DNA of 64,000 nucleotides from Dictyostelium discoideum (Eukaryota): NCBI GenBank assembly GCA_000004695.1, contig CM000151.3, positions 1,856,001 to 1,920,000 of the forward strand, read 5' to 3'. Shown piece by piece: positions 57,150 to 64,000 of this stretch (position 1 is its first letter; each line of letters starts with the position of its first letter). The notes under the pieces were generated by a model. It saw only the letters and a program-made list of their open reading frames with translations, ran no database searches and was not told where the DNA came from. The position numbers and the translations under genes were made by a program.

Positions 57150-57832
57150 ATTATTTTCTAATAATTAATTTTGATTTGAATTCTAATGGGCATAATGTTT
57201 TTGTTAAATAACCATTTTCATCATTTAATTGGGTGGTGGTTCTTTCAAATTTAAATGTTTTATATAATTTAGTTGATACCAAAAACATTATTGAATCAGC
57301 GACATTGGCACCAGGACATTGACGTAAACCAGATGAAAAAGCGCATTGACCAATATTTGATTCATCTTTTGATAAAAAGCGATCAGGATTGAAGATGTTA
57401 GGTTCACTGCTTTCAATATTACTTCTATTACATCCATATAAATTTGGAATTACTTGAGTATTTTTTGGAATAAATATATCATCAATAACAATATCATCAG
57501 TACATATATGTGGTAATGCAAATGGTGCTGCTATATATATATATATTGATTTTTTGAAAATATTTTCAGTAATTATTTCAATAAATATATTATGTATAAT
57601 AAATTATAATAATGTATAATAAATATTTACGTGGTGAAATTCTTAAAGTTTCTTTAATAAATGAATTTAAATATGGGAATTGTAATTTATCCTTATGTAA
57701 TGGATGGTTTGGTGTGTTTATTTCAAAAAATAATTTCTCTTGAATATTTGGATAATTTGTTAAATATAATAACAACCAATCCATAGTTGTACTTGTTGTA
57801 ACTTTAAAAAAAAAATTAGAATAGTCAATTTT

Positions 57833-57879
<47 letters not shown>

Positions 57880-58379
57880 AAAATATAATATTATATTTAC
57901 CTGTAACAATAATATTAAAACTTAAATATGAAGATCAGTTATTTTAATTAAATTTGATGTATCCTTTCGAATTTCACTAATGAAATATTCTAAAAAACAT
58001 TTTGGTTCACTAATATTTAATAAAAAAAAATAAAATAAAATTTAGTTTTTTATTTAAATATATACTAAATGTTAAATATATATACATACATTCCATCATC
58101 ATCATCATCAATAATATTTTTTAAAATATTATCAATTAATGGTTGAAAGAAATTTAAACAATTATTATACTCTTTTTCAATTTCTTTATAATTATTAAAT
58201 GGTTTTAAAATTGGGATAAAATCTGCTGGTTGTTTTGCTAAATATTCAAATAATTTATTATAGCTTTGGATAAATGAATAAAATTATTTTGATAATAAAT
58301 TATCATCATATTCAAATGATACACCAAATAGAAATCTATATAAAATATTTAATAAAATTCTTTTAAAAATTGGACCCAT

Positions 58380-58400
<21 letters not shown>
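57150..58400 (-). pseudogene. 5'-truncated, mutated tandem copy (copy A) of the adjacent cytochrome P450 gene.
   Basis: It retains the last four exons at 95% identity or better to copy B. These include the haem-binding exon (FSSGLRQCPGANVADS) and the K-helix exon (ETLRISP). The exon homologous to DMGPIFKRILL.. carries G-to-T, creating TAA (..DDNLLSK* versus KEFYSF in copy B). The I-helix exon has a 1-nt indel plus an in-frame TAA (ITDLHI*). Sequence upstream of the DMGPIF exon jumps directly into the intergenic repeat found 5' of copy B, so the N-terminal exons are absent. Confidence 0.6.
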
Positions 58401-58429
<29 letters not shown>

Positions 58430-58531
58430 AAACCTTAAGTATTGTAAATAAAATCATGATTATATTTTGACTAATTGGTTTCACCTATTTTAAAAGATGA
58501 TTAAATCAAAATAAAATAAACACTTTCACTG

Positions 58532-58575
<44 letters not shown>

Positions 58576-58884
58576 ATATCTATTTTTAAAATTAACATTT
58601 TTGTTAACCACTTAAAATTAATAACTATTTTTTCAATATTGTTGGATCTAATATATTTGTTATAATATAATCTATACTTACATTTATTATAACATAATGA
58701 GTTTTTATTTTTATCTTAAAAAGGCTTAAATATTAAAACAAATTCTTTTGAACAAAAATACAACTTGTTTTAAAGATACATTAACATGCATTTGGTGTAT
58801 AAAAAAAATTATAAATTATAATCCAAACATAAAAACAAAAGAGATTATATTCTTTGTGTTGGGAAAAAAAAAAAGATACCCACA

Positions 58885-58926
<42 letters not shown>

Positions 58927-59941
58927 AAAAAACATTAATTATTTGAAATATAAAAAAAACACCACAACCTGTAGTGTTTGGTGTGGAAAAAATAAAAATA
59001 GAAAAAATAAAATCAATTTAAAAATTAAAAATAAACACTTTTGTTTAAATAAAATGATGATATAATATCAATGATGAAAAATAATTACCAAATGTAACTA
59101 GACTTCTCTTAAATATTACATCAGCTGATATTCCTTCAAACACCATGGTGTTTTACAATATAGCTTTTGGAAATGGGTTCAATTCCACCAGGTAATTCAA
59201 TTAAACAATAAAGTTATTATCATTAATAGCGGTACAATTACAATCAGTGGTTAATTTGGTACAGCAAAAAGATATGCCACTCGCAAAGATTCCAGTTTTC
59301 ATTTACTATGCGGATAGTAAGACTCCTTTCGTCCCCACCCTTACAGATACAACCGATTCATATTCATTCTTTAATCCTGCAACTATTTGATTACAGCACT
59401 TCCAACTGGTTAGGGTCATGAGGTTGAATCAAACATCAGTAATTCTAAAAACCTACACTGCTCCATCTTTTATCACCGGTGAAGAAACATGTAATGATGT
59501 ACCAAGTCTTTCAGTAGACACATATGTCATTGTTAATACTGAAGAAAATAGTCCAAATACAGGTGAACCAGTTATTGTTATGTTTCCATTCAATTCTACT
59601 CTACATTGAAATTATTGCCATTTCAACAACTCCAATAGGATCAATTACATTACTGATAGCGTGCTTAATTTTAAATTTCAAATAACCTCATCCAAATAAT
59701 GAAATAGAGTATCTGTGTGAACCCGATTTATTTCGGATTATTATTATTATTATTATTATTTTTTTTTTTTGGATATCCGACACATCATTTTATCTTAGAT
59801 ATAACTTTAATAGATAATTTAAAAAAATATAAAATATCTATCTGGGGGCAAATATAGATAATTTAAAACCCTTTTATTTTAATTGTATTTTTAGCAATTT
59901 TTTTTTTTTTTTTTTTTTTTTTTAAATAAAATATTAGTAAA

Positions 59942-60619
59942 TTATTTTCTAATAATTAATTTTGATTTGAATTCAAATGGGGATAATGATCTTGTAAAAT
60001 GACCATTTTCATCATTTAATTGAGTAGTGGTTCTCTCAAATTTAAATGTTTTATATAATTTAGTTGATACCAAAAACATTATTGAATCAGCGACATTGGC
60101 ACCAGGACATTGACGTGAACCAAATGAAAAAGCGCATTGACCAATATTTAATTCATCTTTTGATAAAAAGTGATCAGGATTGAAGACGTTAGATTCACTG
60201 CTTTCAATATTACTTCTATTACATCCATATATGTTTGGAATTACTTGAGTATTTTTTGGAATAAATATATCATCAATAACAATATCATCAGTACATATAT
60301 GTGGTAATGCAAATGGTGCTGCTATATATATATGGATTTTTTAAAAAAATAAAAATTTTCAGTAATTATTTCAAAATGTATAATAAATTATAATAATGTA
60401 TTATAAATATTTACGTGGTGAAATTCTTAAAGTTTCTTTAATAATTGAATTTAAATATGGGAATTGTAATTTATCCTTATGTAATGGATGGTTTGGTGTG
60501 TTTATTTCAAAAAATAATTTCTCTTGAATATTCGGATAATTTGTTAAATATAATAACATCCAATCCATAGTTGTACTTGTTGTAACTTTAAAAAAAAATT
60601 AGAATCATAAATTTTAATT

Positions 60620-60651
<32 letters not shown>

Positions 60652-61960
60652 AAAAAAGAAAAAATAAATATTAGATTTACCTATACCTGCAACAATAATA
60701 TCGAAACATATATATGGAAGATCAGTTATTTTAATTAAATTTGATGTATCCTTTCGAATTTCACTAATGAAATATTCTAAAAAACATTTTGGTTCACTAT
60801 TATTTAATAAAAAAAAAAAAAAAAATAAAATTTAGTATTTTAATTAAACACATACTAGAATTATAACTTATACATACTTTCCATCATCATCATCATCACT
60901 AATATTTTTTAAAATATTATCAATTAATGGTTGAAAGAAATTTAAACAATTATTATACTCTTTTTCAATTTCTTTATAATTATTAAATGGTTTTAAAATT
61001 GGGATAAAATCTGCTGGTTGTTTTGCTAAATATTCAAATAATTTATTATAGCTTTGGATAAATGAATAAAATTCTTTTGATAATAAATTATCATCATATT
61101 CAAATGATACACCAAATAGAAATCTATATAAAATATTTAATAAAATTCTTTTAAAAATTGGACCCATATCCTTTTTTTTTTTTTTTTTGTGAAAAATTAA
61201 ACTAATAATCAATTATATATATATATATTTATTTATTTATTTATTTATTTTTTTCAAAAATAATAAAAACTTACAATATTATTATCTTGATTTATTTTTT
61301 TTAATAAATATTCTTCAGCTTTAAAATATTCATTATAAAATAATTCTTCCATTTGACGAGATTTTGATTTAGTAATTGAACTACTTAAAATATCTTTTAA
61401 TTTTCTCCAATGAGAACCATTACCAAATCTAATTTATATATATTTAATTAATTAATAATTTTTTTTAATACTAAATATTTATTTTTAAAGTTATATACTT
61501 ACATAATACCTTGATATTTTCCCATGTAATAAAAAGATGGTAAATGAAATCTTTGTGAAAAAAAGGTTGGATTGTCACGAAATGATTTTTGTAAAAAATT
61601 GATATCATTAATTACAATTGTATCAATTGAACCCATTTTCAATGAAAATACTTTTCCGTATTTATCTGATAATTGTTTGAATGATAAGTGAGGATATTTT
61701 AAACTTAATTTGTAAAGGCTACCAATAATAGGTAATATTAATGGACCACTTGGAAATTTACATTTTAATTTATTTTCTCCAACTAATAATGATGAAGGTA
61801 CTGCTCTATTAAAAAACTTTTTAAATTAAAAATTTTATTAATATTATTTTTTATTTAAAAATTTTATTAATATTATATTATATTATATTAATGCTTACTT
61901 TTATATTTATTAAATATATATATATAAATAATCCTAAAATAATTCCTAATATCATTTTTT
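59942..61960 (-). CDS. Cytochrome P450 monooxygenase (copy B, apparently intact; about 7 exons on the minus strand; boundaries approximate).
   Basis: Exons read (5' to 3' on the minus strand): MILGIILGLFIYIYLINIK (membrane anchor); AVPSSLLVGENKLKCKFPSGPLILPIIGSLYKLSLKYPHLSFKQLSDKYGKVFSLKMGSIDTIVIND; FGNGSHWRKLKDILSS; DMGPIFKRILL...FIPILKPFNNYKEIEKEY; NEPKCFLEYFISEIRKDTSNLIKITDLPYICFDIIVAGI; VTTSTTMDWMLLYLTNYPNIQEKLFFEINT...IKETLRISP (ExxR); PAPFALPHICTDDIVIDDIFIPKNTQVIPN...FNPDHFLSKDELNIGQCAFSFGSRQCPGANVADSIMF...KLIIRK* (haem Cys loop). Introns have GTAAGT/GTATGT/GTAAAT donors. Confidence 0.6.
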
Positions 61961-62011
61961 AATATTAATTAAATTAAGTTTTAAAAATTTAATTATTAAA
62001 ATTTTATTAGT

Positions 62012-62064
<53 letters not shown>

Positions 62065-62163
62065 AAACCTTCAGTATTGTAAATAAAATCATTATTATAT
62101 TTTGACTAATTGGTTTTACCTATTTTAAAAGATGATTAAATCAAAATAAAATACACACTTTCC

Positions 62164-62215
<52 letters not shown>

Positions 62216-62639
62216 TGTTAAATTTAACATTTTTGCCACTTCAAATAATTATTTTTTGAATATAAATATTAATATATTTGATTGATTATAACATCTATAC
62301 TTACATTTATTATCACATAATCATTATTTGAGTTTTTATTTTTATCTTAAAATATTATAACCTTTTAAGATAAAATTTCTTTACAACCAATATCATCATT
62401 ACAAAAAAACAACTTGTTTTAAAAGATATATTTAAATAAATGTTTAGTGTATTAAAAACTATAGGCCAAATAAAAAAAGGTTATATTTTTAAAACTGTAA
62501 GCCAAACATGAAAAAAAAAAAAAAAAATAATAATAAAAATAAAAATAAATCTATTTTTAAGTTCAAAAAAAAAAAAATAAAAAAAAAAATTTCTTTTTGT
62601 GTTAGATGAAAAAAAAGAAAAAAAAAAAAGGGAAAAATA

Positions 62640-62705
62640 AAAATAAAAATAAAAATAAAAATAAAAATAAAAATAAAAATAAAAATAAAAATAAAAATAA
62701 AAACA
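62640..62705. repeat. (AAAATA)n microsatellite, about 11 units.
   Basis: aaaataaaaataaaaataaaaat... read directly. It underlies the poly-Phe-Ile antisense ORF 62489..62737. Confidence 0.8.
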
Positions 62706-62795
62706 ACTAACACTGTAAAATTAAAAATTGAATTCAATAGGTTTTTTTTTTTTTTTTTTTTTTCCCAATCCTACCCAAAAAATAAAATACACAAA

Positions 62796-63311
62796 ATGGC
62801 TGACCCAGAAAATAATAATAACTATAATGTTGATAGTGGATCTAATATCAATGATAAGCACCAAGATCCAATTGAACAAAAAGATAGTTTCAGTAAAATT
62901 TTAAAAGAAAAAAGTATTTTAATTGGAGATAAAACAGTTGAATTTGCAAAGGAACATCCATACACAACAACAGCAATTGCAATCACTGGGGTAACAACAG
63001 GTGGAGCAATTATTGCAACACCTTATATCGCAGCAGCTTTAGGTTTTGGTACTGGGGGTATCATTAAATCTACAATTGCAGCTAAAACAATGGCAACTTT
63101 AGGATCAGGTTCAAAAATCGGTGCTCTGTTACAATCAATTGGTGCTAAATCAACAATTCTTCATTTAGTTGGTGCTACTAAAATCGCTGCTATATCTGGT
63201 AGTATTTCTGCTGCTTGTGTATCTACAATTTATTATGCAAAAGATTGTTTTTCTAAAATATTAAACTATTTTAATAATAATAAAAATAATAATAAAAAAA
63301 AAGAAGAATAA
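62796..63311 (+). CDS. Ifi-6-16 / ISG12 (IFI6/IFI27-like) family small membrane protein.
   Basis: 171 aa. The central Gly/Ala-rich hydrophobic region ITGVTTGGAIIATPYIAAALGFGTGGIIKSTIAAKTMATLGSGSKIGALLQSIGAKS follows the Ifi-6-16 pattern (GG..A...P.v.aAlGFt.aGI.agS.AAkmMS ... QS.GA.G). Confidence 0.55.
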   Translation: MADPENNNNYNVDSGSNINDKHQDPIEQKDSFSKILKEKSILIGDKTVEFAKEHPYTTTAIAITGVTTGGAIIATPYIAAALGFGTGGIIKSTIAAKTMATLGSGSKIGALLQSIGAKSTILHLVGATKIAAISGSISAACVSTIYYAKDCFSKILNYFNNNKNNNKKKEE

Positions 63312-63476
63312 TACCAATAATTAAACAAATGAAATGAAGAAATAGTTAAAAAGGTAACAAATTTTCACACAAGGATATCCTTTTATTAAAATCAATAAAT
63401 AAAAAAAAAAACATTAGGTTTTCTAATTAAAATTAATATATTTGTTTTACTATTGTATAGCAAATAAATTTAATAT

Positions 63477-63716
63477 TTATTTTTTAATTATAAAATCTAA
63501 AGTTTCTTTGAGTAATCTATTTCTTCTTAATGATTCATATTCATCGGGTGCAAAGTCAAAGAAATGTCTTGTTTCCTTTCCAATCTCTGTTGATACAAAT
63601 TTAAAAGTTACATCAATACGGTTTTCATTTACTGGAGCACCAACATTTGGAATATCAATATACAAATGTCCAAAAAATTGGACACCTGGGTCAGTCGAAT
63701 ATGACATTGTTGGCAT
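63477..63716 (-). CDS. ORF of unknown function; possibly the 3' part of a gene whose 5' end lies beyond the window.
   Basis: 79-aa ORF ...DFAPDEYESLRRNRLLKETLDFIIKK*. The same frame is open further upstream (LKYEFIITSCKNVCDVIVHANQMVGFDEVFTRPYFQLNEIKN) but is separated from it by a single in-frame TAA. Codon usage is coding-like. Confidence 0.3.
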   Translation of the reverse strand: MPTMSYSTDPGVQFFGHLYIDIPNVGAPVNENRIDVTFKFVSTEIGKETRHFFDFAPDEYESLRRNRLLKETLDFIIKK

Positions 63717-64000
63717 GTGATGAGAAAATGGAAAATAAAATTAATTTTTGATCTCGTTTAGTTGGAAATATGGTCTTGTAAACACTTCATCAAAACCAAC
63801 CATTTGGTTTGCATGAACAATAACATCACAAACATTTTTGCAACTAGTGATTATAAATTCATACTTCAACAAAAAAAAAAATAAATAAAAAAAAAATTAA
63901 AAAAATAATTTGATATTCAATTTTATTTCATTTTTAAAGGGATATTTATTAATTTTTTAATTTGTAAATCTGGTAATAGAGGTTTGAACAAAGTTAACTA

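Noticed and set aside
59150-59200. tRNA-like T-loop box (gggttcaattcc) in the GC-richer insert.
   Set aside because: I could not build a matching acceptor or anticodon stem by eye, and no other tRNA-like cloverleaf was found anywhere in the window. It is left as a note inside a finding only.
62640-62705. Regular 6-bp periodicity (AAAATA)n that might superficially look array-like.
   Set aside because: It is a simple microsatellite with no spacers and this is a eukaryotic genome, so it is not a CRISPR array.

Overview
This is AT-rich nuclear DNA (about 75-80% A+T) of the Dictyostelium discoideum type. Three things support that: coding poly-Asn/poly-Gln tracts built from (AAT)n and (CAA)n, short AT-rich introns with GTAAGT/GTATGT donors and polypyrimidine...AG acceptors, and long poly(dA)/poly(dT) intergenic tracts. 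It is not a prokaryotic locus; there are no CRISPR arrays, operons or recognisable tRNA/rRNA genes.

I can support about 35 protein-coding genes or gene remnants. Most were rebuilt by splicing ORF-track segments across short introns.

Conserved housekeeping genes:
- molybdenum cofactor sulfurase
- proteasome lid subunit Rpn11/PSMD14, and a PSMD5-like chaperone placed head-to-head with it
- BCAS3-like beta-propeller protein
- small Tim (Tim10/DDP family)
- DRAM/Frag1 family membrane protein
- eEF1A lysine methyltransferase (EEF1AKMT1/Efm5)
- NAT9-like acetyltransferase
- FRA10AC1 homologue
- PhyH-like dioxygenase
- AlaX-like tRNA-editing domain protein
- nucleoplasmin-like protein
- F-box-like/ankyrin protein
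- Ifi-6-16 (ISG12)-like protein

Accessory content, which is the more unusual part:
1. A candidate terpenoid biosynthetic cluster: a class I terpene synthase lies next to a tandemly duplicated cytochrome P450. One P450 copy looks intact and one is a 5'-truncated pseudogene.
2. Four paralogous His-rich small ORFs with Pro/Val/Gln/Met repeats.
3. A divergent paralogue pair encoding coiled-coil proteins with a central hydrophobic Gly/Ala-rich hairpin, separated by a 91-nt poly(dT).
4. Two full-length members of a lineage-specific large protein family, plus a decayed tandem partial copy.
5. An inverted, decayed duplicate of the 3' part of the MoCo sulfurase gene about 35 kb from the parent.
6. A Tgr-like IPT/TIG gene carrying disabling lesions.
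7. An epsin/ENTH-like C-terminal gene fragment with no detectable 5' exons.
8. A tandem pair of SAYSvFN-domain genes.

The region looks duplication-prone. All family assignments come from reading motifs by eye and need a similarity search to confirm. Exon coordinates are hand-derived and may be off by a few nucleotides.
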